Below, piece by piece: positions 34,954 to 47,911 of a DNA stretch of 64,000 nt. Position numbers and translations under genes: made by a program. Origin of the DNA: Camelus dromedarius (Eukaryota); assembly GCF_036321535.1 (NCBI RefSeq), contig NC_087438.1, positions 3,846,001 to 3,910,000 on the forward strand, in the 5' to 3' direction. The number at the start of each line of letters is the position of its first letter. The stretch's first letter is position 1. The notes under the pieces are model-generated. The model did not search any database and was not told the origin of the DNA. It saw only the letters and a program-made list of their open reading frames with translations.

Positions 34954-36333
34954 GGAAAAAAACCACACACACATATGGTCAATTCACCTTTGACAAAGGA
35001 GGCAAGAACATACAATGGAGAAAAGACAGTCTCTTTGGCAAGTGATGTTGGGAAAACTGGACAGCAGCATGTAAAACAATGAAGCTAGAACACTCCCTCA
35101 CAGCACACACAAAAATAAACTCAAAGTGGCTTAAAGACTTAAATATATAAGACAGGGCAGCATAAATCCCCTAGAAGATAATACAGGAAAAACACTCTGA
35201 CATAAAGTGTAGCAATGTTTTCCTAAGTCAGTCTCCCAAGGCAAAATAAATAAAAGCAAAAATAAACAAATAGGACCTAATTAAACATAATCTTTTATAC
35301 AGCAAAGGAAACTATAAGAAAAACAAAAAGATAACCCTTTAAAATGGGAGAAAATACTTGCAAACAATGTGACTGACAAGGGCTTAACCTCCAGAATATA
35401 CAAACAGCTCATGCAACTCCATAACAACAACAACAAAAAGCTGATCAAAAATGGGCAGAAGACCTAAATAGACATTTCTCCAATAAAGACATACAGATGG
35501 TCAATAGGCACATGGAAAAACGCTGAATTTCACTAATTATCAGAGAAATGCAAATCAAAACTACAATGAGGTGTCATCTCACACTGGTCAGAATGGCGAT
35601 CGTGAAAAAGTCCACAAACAATAAATGCTGGAGACAGTGTGGAGAAAAAGGAACCTTCCTACACTGCTGGTGGGAGTGTAATTTGGTGTAGCCATTGGAA
35701 AACAGTACAGAGATTCCTTAAAAAACTAAAATTAGAGTCACCGTATGATCCAGCAATCTCACTTCTGGGCATATATCTGAAGAAAATTCTAATTTGAAAA
35801 GACACATGCACCCCGATGTTCATAGCAGCACTGTTTACAACAGCCAAGACATGGAGACAGCCTGAATGTCCGTGGACAGATGACTGGATAAAGACATGAG
35901 ATTTATACTCAGCCCTAAAAAGTAACGAAATGCCATTTGCAATAACATAAATGGACCTAGAGATGATCACACTAAGTGGAGTAAGTCAGACAGAGAAAGA
36001 CAAATATCATAGGCTATCACTTATATGTGGAATCAAAAGAAAAATGACACAAGTGAACTTATCTACAAAACAGACAGACTCACAGACATAGAAAACAAAC
36101 GGTTACCAAAGGGAAAGTAGGGGGGATAAACTGGGAGTCTGGGATTAGCAGATACACAGTACTATCTGGAAAGTAGATAAACAACGAGGACCTACTGTGG
36201 AGCACAGGGAACTATATTCAGTAGCTTGTAATGACCTATAATGGAAAAGAGTACTTGTACTCATGTATAGCTGACCCTCTATGCTGTACACCAGAAGCAC
36301 AACATTGTAAATCAACTACACCTCAATGAAAAA
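34954..36333 (+). mobile_element. Young 1.4-kb 5'-truncated L1 (ORF2 C-terminus plus 3'UTR) with TSD
   Basis: ORF2 remnant HTYGQFTFDKGGKNIQWRKDSLF. 16-bp TSD AAAATGTGCTCTTTGA (34938-34953) / AAAATGCGCTCTTTGA (36334-36349) differs by one CpG-type transition. Confidence 0.96.
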
Positions 36334-38810
36334 AAAATGCGCTCTTTGAATTCAGCTCTCGGGGCTCTGTGCCAGCGGTGGGGTCTGCTTCAGTAAAGGG
36401 GTGGGGAGAAGGCTACGTGAGCACCACTGGGAATCGGCTGTTTCCAAGGGTCCTCACTGCAGACACCTTGCAGCCCTGGTATTCTATGCAGGGTCCCTCC
36501 CAGAAGGAAAGGGGGCGCCTTCATCATGAGCTTACGGTCGTAGCGCTTTATTCGTTGTGGTGGCTGCTGTTAATGACGTTCTTAATAGGGGTTGTCTTTT
36601 ATTTCTTAAAATGTTAACTGCCATTATTTTCTCAGCATGCTGCGCTGTGACCTTGCCCCTCGGCGCTCTGATGCGGGCGAAGTCCAGGATGACTCAGAGC
36701 TCTGATGCGCAAGTCCTGGCCTGTCAACGACCAAAGAGCTACAGGCATCACTTCCACCCCTTCTCTGCACCAGCAGGGCGAGACGGTGCCCAGAGCACAA
36801 AGGGAAACCAACCAGGGGTGCCTGGCCGAGGGGAGCAGCTGGTAACTTCCAGCCAGCAAGGTCCTTCCATTCATCCGAAGTCCCTGCGGCCTCAGAGCAC
36901 GGGGGCCGGCCGAAGTGGAATCTTCGCAACAGTGTTTCCATGGTGCTCCTTCAGATCACAAATGGCATGAATCCTAGTCTAGTTAATTCTCAGCCATGGA
37001 AAGAATTTTGTTCTCTGCATTTCTGACCTTCCCATCTTACAATTATTCATTACATTCTTGCCCAAGGTGACTTGAGTAGAGAGAGTAATTGATTCATGTA
37101 AAGAGTAATCTTTTCTATCAGAAAAAAAGTGTTTTTAATAGCTGGATTTTAGTAACGAAGTCACATGAATTGCAGGAATAAAGATTTTCTTCAGAAAGCA
37201 ATGAACTCCAAAAGATGAGGATTTATTTCACGCCCCCAAATGTTACTACCCGCCACGTACCTCCTGCCTGATACAACGGCCCTCCTTGTCTCTCAGACTT
37301 GCCGGATACCCCAGGGGCAGGCAGAACGGTCCGTCCGACACCCCGTAGAGACGGCCTTGCAGGGAGACAGAAGGACATTATTTCTTGTCCATCAAGGATG
37401 CTCTTCAAAGTTCTCCTCATACAGATGATGAGGGATACAGTGAAGATTTTAATCAGCTCTGCTAACTTTTAAAATCATTTAAAAATGTTACCATTTTTTT
37501 TCCTAAAATACCAGGCCTTGCCTTTTGTATATTTTATGACACTTGAATTAAACTAAGCAGAAAGCAGGCTCCAAAGATCACTGTACTCCTACGTCTCATG
37601 GTTTATTTTTTAATGGTGAAATCTTTATATAAGCTGGCACCCACAAAGCCAGTGGCCCAAAGGGCAGCTGCATCTGGAGATGGACTGCAGGCTGGGACCA
37701 TGCACCCGGTCCTGGGGCAACCTCTCTGCCGTTGCCTGTGACCCAAAGCAGAGACCTTTCCTGAACCCCCGTTTCCCCTTCCCCAGCCTCTGCAAGGGAA
37801 TGAGAACAGAAAGAAAGAGTTCTTAGGGTCTTTCCCAGCTCTCACAGTCCTTGTCTTCATGCATTTTCTCTTCGTGCCTCCTCCATAAACCAACAAGGAA
37901 GAAAACAGTGCAAGATGATGTCACTTATTTAAAAAGCAAAAAACAGAGAAAGCCACGAGCTGCTTGGGCTGGTTGTTCCTCTGATGCATAGATTCTGACT
38001 TATATCTGGTTGCAAGCTCCTTGCTTAGCCAGCATTTTTATTAGTGGGCAAACATCCAGAATGAAACAAAAACATGGTTATGACTTTTTCCCAAATTAAA
38101 TCTTGCACTTGGCTTAATGTCAGTGTCTACACTCAAAGAGGGGTCCTCCCAATACGAGCGGGTTTCTCTGCCTCAGGATCACAGTCGGTCTCCTGCAGCA
38201 GAGACCAGGGGGCAGGGACACTGGTCTTTCCTTCACACACAGGAGTCAGGGACACCTTGAAAGGAAGAGGGAGAGAAAGGCCCCAGGATCTAAAAACAGA
38301 GATGGGTGAGATTGATTGTCCCCTGTGGTTTGTCGTTGTCTAAAGGATGCTTTGAGGGTGTAAAGAAGAAAAGTGAAAATATTGAGGACAGAGAAATTAA
38401 TGTGCAGTCGCACGTTGTAAAGTCCTCCGAGGATGTGGCTTTGGAGAGGCACCCTCACTGAGCGGGCGTGGGGGGGTGCCTGGGAGGCAGAAGGGGTGAT
38501 GTGTTTGAGCTTCGGTCCCATGCACCCTCACGAAATGCTGCAGGGGATCTGCCTGGGATGTTGGGGTGGTGATTCCTCACCACGGGGAGAGCTTCCGTCT
38601 TGACACACTGGCGAGGAGAAGCAGGAGGCAAACCCCGCCGATGACATCAGTGCTTCTCCTCCCCGAGTGCTGCAAATCAAAAGGGATGTTTTTGCTTGTG
38701 GGCGTGCGGTGTTGCATGTACAAGGGGCACAGTATCCTGTGGTGGGGTCTGACACCCGGACGTAGACTATTTCTCTCCTGGCTGTCATGATTCAAAGAGT
38801 CCTGCCATTT

Positions 38811-39008
38811 AAAAATACATAAATAAAATAGATAAACAACAAGGTTCTACTGTACAGCACAGGGAACTATATTCAATATCCTGGAATAATCTATAATGAA
38901 AAAGAATATGAAAAAGAATATATATGTAACTGAATCATGATATGTACACCAGAAACTAACACAATATTGTAAATCAACTGTACTTTAATTTAAAATTTTT
39001 TTAAAAAT
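38811..39008 (+). mobile_element. Short L1 3' end (cetartiodactyl-type)
   Basis: 'aacaacaaggttctactgtacagcacagggaactatattcaatatc...'. Degenerate TSD AAAGAGTCCTGCCATT (38794-38809) / AAAGAATCCCTCCATT (39009-39024), 13/16 identical. Confidence 0.9.
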
Positions 39009-40356
39009 AAAGAATCCCTCCATTATGTGACACTGTTACTTTGTTACGTTGTTACTTTGTTACGTTGTGACATTGTGTGCAGCTGGAAGCTTCTGACTCT
39101 GAAACAGAGAGTCGGCGGGAGCGTAGGAGGAGGGCATTTTCAAAGGGAGATCCAAGCCCTCTTCAGAAAGCCTGGTGCAGGCTCCCCAGAGGCCCCGGCA
39201 GGGGCAGAACCATCCCTGTGGGGGCAGCGGCCAACCAAGGAACGACCAGCCACCACAGTCACTCTCCTCCACCTGAGGGCTTCCCTGGCTTCACGCTCTG
39301 GGGAGTCTGAGCCTTTCACTGCCCCTGCCGTCTGCCCCTCGCGTACCCGCCACCCCGGGGCAGGGCAGTGAACGGGGCGTTGCTGCACAGCTGTGTCCAA
39401 CGGCCAGTCTTTTAGGAGTTGTTGGGCATTTCCAGAAGCGCCCAGCAGCCTGGAAGGGGGTGCAGGGCTGGGGTTCTGCCCGGCAGGCATGGGAAAGATG
39501 GAACGGTGGTGACTGCAGGGCTGAGGGTGGGGTCCAGGAATGATGCTGCTCTGCTGAAAACAAGGGCAGGTGGCCCCATCTGTGCTCCCAGCTCTGCACT
39601 GGGAGTGCTGCTTCTGAGAATGTCAGCGATGTGAACTTAGAATCCGGAGCAGGGAAGGCTTGCCTCAGACAAATGCATTGTTTAGCCAGTAAGGCTAGCA
39701 TTGGCTGGGGAGGAATCTTTTCTTCACATCTGGGGATTCAGCCTGAATTGGAAGCTATGCTTTACAATTACTACGGCGGAGATCAGAGAGCTTGTGTGTC
39801 TCAGAGGCGAGCCTGGGATCCGGGGCTGCACGGCCTGAGAGTGACCAGGAAGCCGCCCACTGTCCAGGAGGCAGTAGCTCATACCCCAGGCTCGTAATCC
39901 TGAGGAATTGCATTTTCCTGAGAGCAAACATCAAAAAGATGAAGGTGAGAACCAGACACACAGTAACTACGAAACATTTCCCCCAAGACAGTGAGGTGGC
40001 TGCTTGGATGCCTTCCTTCCTCATTTTGCAAAAGGCCATCGAGATAATTAAATCACACCATTTCAATAAATCTCTGCTCCCTCTGCGTCTCCCTGACACC
40101 CAGCAGTGCAGGGTGGGGGGTGGGGGGGGTGCTGCTGCCTCCCGCGTCTTAGTGAGTGTCGGTCGCGGCTCTCAGCCCACTCACACCAGCGCTGGAAAAA
40201 AGGCTGCTGAATAGAAAGGCAGGAAATAAAGTTCAGGCGGGACATGAGAGCCACCAGCGCAGCCTCTCGATGGCACAGAAATTACTGTCACTAGTGAGGG
40301 CAATCTAAGTACCACTCCTTGTGCCCAACTCGGAGTGACCTGGTACTTCACTGCTT

Positions 40357-40393
40357 CTGTGTGTGTGCGTGCGTGTGTGCGTGTGTGCGTGTG
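40357..40393. repeat. Mixed (GT)/(GC) alternating purine-pyrimidine tract
   Basis: 'tgtgtgtgtgcgtgcgtgtgtgcgtgtgtgcgtgtg'. Confidence 0.85.
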
Positions 40394-41394
40394 AGGGCCC
40401 ATTTTCCACATGTGCTTTTCTCCTAGGTCCTTCCATCTGTGTGGCTATCAGTTTCCATGTTTATTTGTCGTGGGCTGCAGAGCGACATAAATGCTGCTTT
40501 CGGCAAAACTCCATTGAAGACGAGGTGAAATGTTGTGTCGTGTGGGTTTTAAACCCTTGAAGGGAGAAGGGCTCACAGGTCACACCAACTCTGAGGACAC
40601 AAGGTGGTGGAGGCCAGGGGACGTGCGTGTGGAGAGCAGACATGGAGGCCCCACTCTGCCCCGTCTGCTCGGTGCTTGTATGAACGGGGCAGATGCCCCT
40701 GTCCTGGGTGGGACGTGGATGCTGTCACACTGCCAGGAGGTGAGGGAGGAGGCAGTGCTAAAGAATGACAATGGAAACCTGCACTTGGGACCAGCTGAGG
40801 TGAGGCCCACGCTCTATCCAGAGAGGCCAGCCCCAGGCGGCTCACCCACTGTGATGAGTGACAGAACCTGCCCAGGAGGAGGGGAGGGGTGGGGGCTTCC
40901 ACACAGGAAATTGCGTACATCCAACCCAGCAGAACAGAGGTTAGGGTCAAAGTGTGTCTCAGGTCCACAGCTAAATGGGGACACCAGCTGCCTCGCCCTG
41001 AGTGGGAAGGAGTTAGGGAAACCAGCCATACTTGGCGGATAAGGGGATGCCATCCTCCCTCCGTTCCCCCCTCTGCTCTCCCATGTGACGTGGTTGTGCT
41101 GGGCTCCGAGCAGCACCCTTGATGGGCGATTGCTGAGAGGCAGGAGACACTGCAGGTATTTTGTGCATGGTCACGGGGGCTGAGAAGACCCCACAGGGCT
41201 CCCCCAACCACAGCTACCCCAGAACCCCAGTACGATGTCCTCTGCATGGGCATCCCACAGGCTCTCTCCAGGGACACAGCATACCCGTATGTCCCCCTGC
41301 TGTTCTTCACTCTCAGAAAGCACAAGATGCCCACAGTCTGAAGGGCTGGTTTGACCAATACTGTAATCTCAAGGTTGAGGCCAGGAGAGATCCT

Positions 41395-41545
41395 GGGCTT
41401 TGGAGCCAGGCAGGCCTGCTCTGATCCTGACTTCACCGCTCCGCAGCTGTATCCCGGGCCAGTCAATTACCTCCCCGAGCATCAGGGTGGCCATCAGTGA
41501 GAGCAGGTAGAACAATACTTACCTTTCAAGGTTGTTAAAAGGTTG
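41395..41545 (+). mobile_element. MIR
   Basis: 'ggcttttggagccaggcaggcctgctctgatcctgacttcaccgct...ggccagtcaattacctccccgagcatcag...aacaatacttacctttcaaggttgtt'. Confidence 0.7.
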
Positions 41546-41546
41546 G

Positions 41547-42745
41547 TCAATCTATTAGTGGAATTAATTATATTAGCATTTCAAATAGAAAATTTATGTG
41601 CATATGATTATCGCAAATGCATGGGGTAAAATTCACCACCAATTCTTCAAAAAGACCTGGCAGAGCAGGAATAGAAGGAAGGCGCTTGACCTGATGCAGG
41701 CTGTCTGCCAGAACCTACGAGAAATGACCTGCCTGCCTAAAAGGAGAGGCATTTCCCCCAGAGTCACCTGTACGCCAAGGAGTTCTGCTTTTCATGCTTC
41801 TGGCTCCTACTGACCTGGATGTGCTAACCACCGTGGTGAAAATAAAAATACATAAATAAAAAAATACAAAATAAAGATACAAAAATAAATACAGTGACAT
41901 TCACCAACCGTGTAATTAGATGTCCAGGAAAGCTGGGAGGAGGAACAGAAAGCTTTTTGCCAACTGAGTAAAGCGGCCAGTTACAGGGACTATAAACAGC
42001 AACTTGTCTCTGTGCAGGAATGAGCAATCGGAACACTTTATAACTAAAGTTCCCAATTCCATCAAAATGAAAGTCAAGAAATAATCCCCCAAATACCTGT
42101 GGAAGGTACGTGAAATTCGTAACACTTTTTGGAGAGCATCAAAGGAGTATGAGTCACTGGAGGGGTGCAGTGAGACCCTGAGGTGGCACAGCTGGCCCGC
42201 GAACACATCAGCCCCTCTCAAACCAGCCTACAGATGGATGCGACACCTACCAAGAGAGCAGAATACTATTTAGGGAACTGGACAAGCTGACGGGGGAATT
42301 CACGTGGCGGGTACAAACATAAAATCCACGGGAAGCATCAGGGGAGAACTGATCCTTCTTAAGATAAATGTATGGTAAGACTTTCATTGCAATAGAACAG
42401 GGAAAATATAGATTATGTCCTGTGTGTTTTAAAAGAAACTATCAGTTTCAGAAAAATTAAGTTTAATACCTTCCTACTTTACATGATGCAAAGATAACTG
42501 CCATGTAGGTTGGCATAATATAAAAAGACGGTAAGACTGTCCAAAGAAAACATAGGATAATATTTTTATAATACAGAGACTTAAAAGAAATAATGAGCAG
42601 ATGATACAGCTAGAAGTCGAAATCTTCTGTCTAAAAGTCCCCATAAACAAAATTAAAACAAGCAACCTCTAGAAGAAGAGGTTTACAACACATACAATTG
42701 ACAAGAAATTAATGTTCATAATGTATAAAGTGCTCCTAAAATCTC
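41547..42745 (+). mobile_element. Highly diverged old L1 (L1ME-like) ORF2 remnant
   Basis: A-rich and colinear with L1 ORF2 ('aaaattcaccaccaattc...caggaatagaaggaa...gaactggacaagctga...'). Confidence 0.6.
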
Positions 42746-42759
42746 TTTTGAAAGTAACT

Positions 42760-43660
42760 TATAGACCCACATAAATGTACTCAATTTATCTTTGACAAAG
42801 TAAAAAAGATAATACATTGAAGGAAAAAGTAGTAATTTCTACAAGTAGATCTAAAACAACTGGACGTCCATATGCAAAAAAAAAATAAATCTAGACACAG
42901 ATTCTTTACAAAAATTCAATCAAAATGGATCATAGACCAAAATGTAAAATGCGAAACTATAAAACTGCAAAGAAATAACATGAAAAATTCAGATGAACTT
43001 GGGTATGGAGATGACTTTTTAGATAAAGTACCAAAGACATGATCCATGAAAGGAATAATTAATAAGCTATTAATTATTAATAATTAATAAGCTTTCAGTA
43101 GAATTAAAAACAAGCTACAGAGTGGAAGAAAATATTTACAAAAGGCATATCTGATAAAAGACTTTGATCCAAAACATACAAAGAACTCTTTAAAAACAAC
43201 AGTAAGAGAACAACCTGGTTAAAAATGGGCAAAGGTCCTGAACAGATACCTCACTAAAGAAGGTGTACAGGTGACAATAATCATATGACAGGATGCTCAT
43301 CATCTAATGTCATCAACAAATTGCAATTTAAAATAACCATGAGATACCACTACACACCTATTAGAAAGGCCAAAATCCAAAACACTGGTGACGCCAAATG
43401 CTGGTGAGGATGCGGAGCAATGGGAATTCTCATTCATTGTTGGTGGGAAAGTGAAACGGTGCAGCCACTTTGGAAGACAGTTTGGTGGTTTCTTACAAAA
43501 GTACCCTCTTATCATGAGATCCAGCAATGATCCTTGGTGTTTGTACAAAGGAGCCGAAAACTCAAGCGCACAAAATGCCCTGTATACCAATGGTTGTAGC
43601 CGGTTTATTCATAACTGCAAAAACTTAGAAGCCAACAAGATGTCCTTCAGTGAATGTATA
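42760..43660 (+). mobile_element. L1MC/MD-like ORF2 3' portion
   Basis: 'atagacccacataaatgtactcaatttatctttgacaaag...gagataccactacacacctattagaaaggccaaaatccaaaacactgg...gccaacaagatgtccttcag'. Confidence 0.88.
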
Positions 43661-45476
43661 TATTTGAAGTTATATGTGAATATATATATATATGTATAAT
43701 GATGTGGTATGTATTGTACATAAAACTTGCCGGAGGCATCTGGTAGATTAAATATCACCCCTAATACATATTGCATAGAATAGAATACAAATTATAATAA
43801 GATATAATACAATACATGTATTAGTTGTATTAGCTGTCACTTGAAAGAGTTTTCCTGAATCACAAAAGGTTAAAATTAGAAGTGACTATGGAGATCATGT
43901 GGTCTGGCGCTCAGAGGCTTTTTTTTTTTTTTAACATTTGCTTGAATTAAGGCACAAACGCAATGGGAACTATTCACGTCTGCGGGGTGGTGAGCGCCTC
44001 CCCTGTCATGCATATTTAGTTTTGTCCTGACAGTGCATTCTCTAGGAAGCAGAAACAGAAACTCACAGTGGAGGACCCAATAATCAAGAATTTACTTACA
44101 GGAGTAGCTCTGCCCCGTAGCTCCTCACGCTTGCTCTTGCCACGGGGTTTTCAGAAGGAGCAAGTGCGTGGACTCGGCGTGGAGACGTGGTTCCCCTGGC
44201 AGGAGGCAGGGAGGGGAAGGCAGGCCACTGCCCCTCGCCCTCCTGAGCGACAGTCTGCACTTCACTGACACCGCTGTGACAAATCAGGCTTTTCTCAAAA
44301 CAGGTAACGGTAAAAGGGGAGGGATAAGGTCTCCTTTCTTATTTTTTAAGAACACAGGTTTATTTAAAACAAAGATTTTCCCGAATCCCTTTACAGCCTT
44401 CTTCCCCCAGGTACTGAATCCGATATTCCATCAAGTAATCGTATGCCACATTTGTTTCCTTTCCTTCTCTGACACATTCTTCAGTTTCATCCCTTTAGAA
44501 AGGAAAAGTGCAAAGACTACTCATGGAAGCTGCCAAGGCATGCGGGAAGCCTCTGGGAGTGTTTATCAAAGAATGCGGAAGGCTTTCTGGGGCACACTCC
44601 TCCAAGCCCGGGGCTGAAACACAGAGGAGCCCTATTTATCATTCTTATTACATGGGGGCAAAATGAGAGCTTGAAAACAAGTGCTCGCATTCAATGTGGG
44701 TGATAAAAAGGAAAACTTTTTAAAGAAGGGATTATTAAAATTCAGAGACAGCAGATGCCTCCAGCAAGTTTTCACCAGGGGAATTCTGATGAGTGAGCTT
44801 TCATTTTCAGAGTTTTAAGCAACTGGAGTTTCCATTTTCAATTTCAGTAAAAAATATAAAATCTCTATTCCTCAATATGAAGAGAGGACATTTAGGATGT
44901 TGATATACGTACAAAAATGTAAAATACGTTTCCATTAATTTCGGTATTCTGTTTCAGAAGTTTTAAAATTACTTTTAGCCATCCATTCTCGGTAATATTT
45001 TTTCTATAAAAGAAAAATAAAAGACTTCATTTTTTCTTATTCATCAGACTCCAAGGAAATAAAATAGTGTATTCTACTAGAGAAATACAGTTTGATAAAG
45101 CCAATCTGAAATCTTGATTTTCTTCGTTATAAAGTTCCCTCAGGACGAGCTGTACTGGTACTACAAAGAATAAATACATAATTACCACATTCTGGGAAGT
45201 AGCAGCTGGTAGTGATCATGCTTCTGTCTTGACGGGTGTATTGGCAAGGGAGGCTGTAGGGAGATAGATAGACATATTTTCCACAAATAATTACTTTCTT
45301 GGACTTTACCCAGTTCACTTTTAAATCATTATCACCACCATCAACATCATCATCTTAATTCAAGTCTAATGAAAGAAATTGTTTTATGCAAAACCTGTGA
45401 CTCCTTGTCCCAGGAGGAAGATTGTGATCCCATAAGAACGTGTCCTCACTGAGTGCGTTACTTAAAAGGAATTCAA

Positions 45477-45640
45477 AGAATGGCACTAAAGTTGCTGGAC
45501 TTGGAATTTGGAGATGCAGCCTCGAGTCTCTTTTTCTGCATATCAGCTGTGTGTCTCCGGCCTCCTTGTCTGAAGTCCTCCCTCTGTGAAAGTGGCGGAA
45601 TAATGAGTATCATGTGAAAAACGCAGTAAGTATTATAAAT
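45477..45640 (+). mobile_element. MIR fragment
   Basis: 'gctggacttggaatttggagatgc...cagctgtgtgtctccgg...ctccctctgtgaaagtgg'. Confidence 0.5.
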
Positions 45641-45859
45641 TAAAAAAAGTGTCAAGTTCATTTCCACTTGGGGGCGGGGCTTATCTGAACCACAAGGTAC
45701 GGAGTGGGGATGACAAACACATGAGTCAGGGGTCTAGTCCCGGCTGAGCTGGAGGGGCCCCCCTCCCCCTGCACACCCCAGTGAATTCAGCGATGACACC
45801 TGGACAGATCGCTGGGATCAGCAGTTCGAGAACTCAGGTGGATTGCGGAAGGTCAGAGT

Positions 45860-46825
45860 TCAGACCTCCATCGAACTGATGGTGAGTTTGCCACATCTCA
45901 TGGCCTGAAGCCCAGACATAGGCATCAGGGTGGACAAAAGACTCCAGGAGAAATCCCCTAGTTCAGGCTCGAGAGACAGCAAATTGTCTCGTGAGCAGCA
46001 GCAGCAGCAGGCAGAGGCACCTAACCTGCCGAGGAGAGACTCTCCCTCTTCAGTCAGAGGAGCTCTGCCCTTAGGAAAGCGGGCTGAGCATCTTTGTTTT
46101 CCTTCTTTATGAGTTCCTGTCACTTGGCCTTAACGGTGGGCACAGTTTTTGGGAAGTTCACAGCAGAGTAAGATAAATAAACCCTGAAAACTAAGTTTTC
46201 AGGATCAAAAAGTGGAGCTTAGGGAACTGAAAAGATTGTGGAGAGAGAAGAACTTGGAAAAGCAACCTCGTAAGTTGTTTACCAATTCAGAAGCTTAGCC
46301 TCAAAGTGCACGAGCATGGACCTTGTTTATCTAAAGTAGCTTACAAAATAATTTAAGAACTGAACTAAGAGTCGGACACTCTGCCTGGGTTGTAGACTCA
46401 GCGCCATCACACACGCTACTCAGATCATACAAGTGCTTACAAACTTTAAAAGTGGAATGGTTGTTCAGACCATTGCCTACAGAAGACTGGATGTAACTTA
46501 CAGCCCTTTCCTCATTTTTCCATAACAGGAAACATCAACATTCTCATAAGCTTTAAATAAGACCCAAAAGCCTTATAATATTCAAAGTGCCCAGGATACC
46601 ATCCAAGATTACTCAGCGTATGAAGAACCAAGAAAATCTCAGCTACGTGGGAAAAGGCACCCAGAAGAAGCAATCCCAAGATGGCACAGATGTTGGAAAT
46701 ATCTGTCAAAGGCTTTAAAGAGACTATGATAAAAGGCTCCAAGAAGGAATGTCGAACATTGTTAAAACACATGGAAAGATACAAAATCTTAACAAAGAAG
46801 TGAAGATACAAAAAAGAAACAAATG
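45860..46825 (+). mobile_element. Old L1 (L1M4/L1MD-like) 5'UTR and ORF1 start
   Basis: 'caaagtgcccaggataccatccaagattactcagcgtatgaagaaccaagaaaatctc...agatggcacagatgttggaaatatctgtcaaaggctttaaag'. Confidence 0.75.
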
Positions 46826-47474
46826 TATAAGAATCATATGAGGTCCTTTAAAAGTTCCTCATTGATCTGATGGAATTTTCACATAAGACTGCTGTGTGAG
46901 AGAAGGGGGAAACAGAGAAGACTGTTTATAAGTTTGCAACTGAAAATATGAGTGTGGAGGAGACTGGAGGGGCACTTATCTGCAACTAAGATTGGTTACT
47001 GGAGCACAGGAGGGGGAAATCCCACAGGTAACTATTTAGGACAAGATTTTAGTGGAACCTGTAGAGTGTAACTTATCTCTAAGATACTGTCAATACATAA
47101 AAATAGAACATGCACATTGACAAAGAATACATGATACAGCCATTGATTTACTCTTCTTAAATTCCTTTTGATTCTATAGAACATCTATAACAAAATGTTT
47201 TTAAAATGTATCTCCTGTGGGCATGTTTGCATCAGGAGTCATAAACCTGCCTCAAAGCATTAATAGGAGATGGCAATGTGCTCTCAGGTGTGGACATGCT
47301 TGGTGCACTCTGGGATGGCACACAGAGCTTAAAGATGTGCCCCATTAATATCAGATGTTCCTTGCACCCTCGAAAATGCCAGGATCACCAGTTTAATGCT
47401 ACACATCTTTTTGTAACTCAGATAAGTCCGTCTTTAATCAAATTCTCCCATCTAGAACACTTTAGGAAGGTGCC

Positions 47475-47911
47475 TGTGGCTGATAGAACAATAACCACCA
47501 AAGACGCTCACATTCTAACCCCCAGAACCCATGAAAATGTTAATTTACACAGCAAAAGGGACTTTGCAGATGTGATTGTGTTGAGGATCTTGAGATGGGG
47601 ATAGGACCCTGGATTGCTGGGGTGGTCCAGCGTAGTAACAACAGGGAGGTGGGGGATCAGAGTGAGAGAAGGGGATGTGAGGATAAAAACAGAGACCAGA
47701 CTGATGTGGCCCAAAGCCAATGAATGTGGGTGTCTCTAGGAGCTGGAAAAGTCAAAGAATGGATGCCTTCCCCAGAAATCTCCAGAAGGAACACAGCCCT
47801 GCTGATACCTTGATTTTAGCCTGGTGAGACTTCTGATCTCCACCACTGTGAGATAATAAATGTGTGTTTAAATTTGTGGTAATTTGTTACAGCTGTCATA
47901 GGATGGGAACA
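47475..47911 (+). mobile_element. MLT1D-like LTR, near complete
   Basis: 'cagcaaaagggactttgcagatgtgatt...tccagaaggaacacagccctgctgataccttgattttagc...gtggtaatttgttacagc'. Confidence 0.92.

Noticed and set aside
34311..35045. 244-aa ORF ending in-frame with L1 ORF2 residues
   Set aside because: GTG start. Unique sequence reads through the TSD into a truncated L1 for ~25 codons, which is coincidental.
39034..39068. Two copies of the 16-bp unit TGTTACTTTGTTACGT
   Set aside because: A simple slippage duplication. No spacers, so not an array.
40573..41466. Longest ORF (297 aa, minus strand)
   Set aside because: No true ATG start at the annotated position, begins in a MIR, has GC-rich random-like composition and no recognisable homology.
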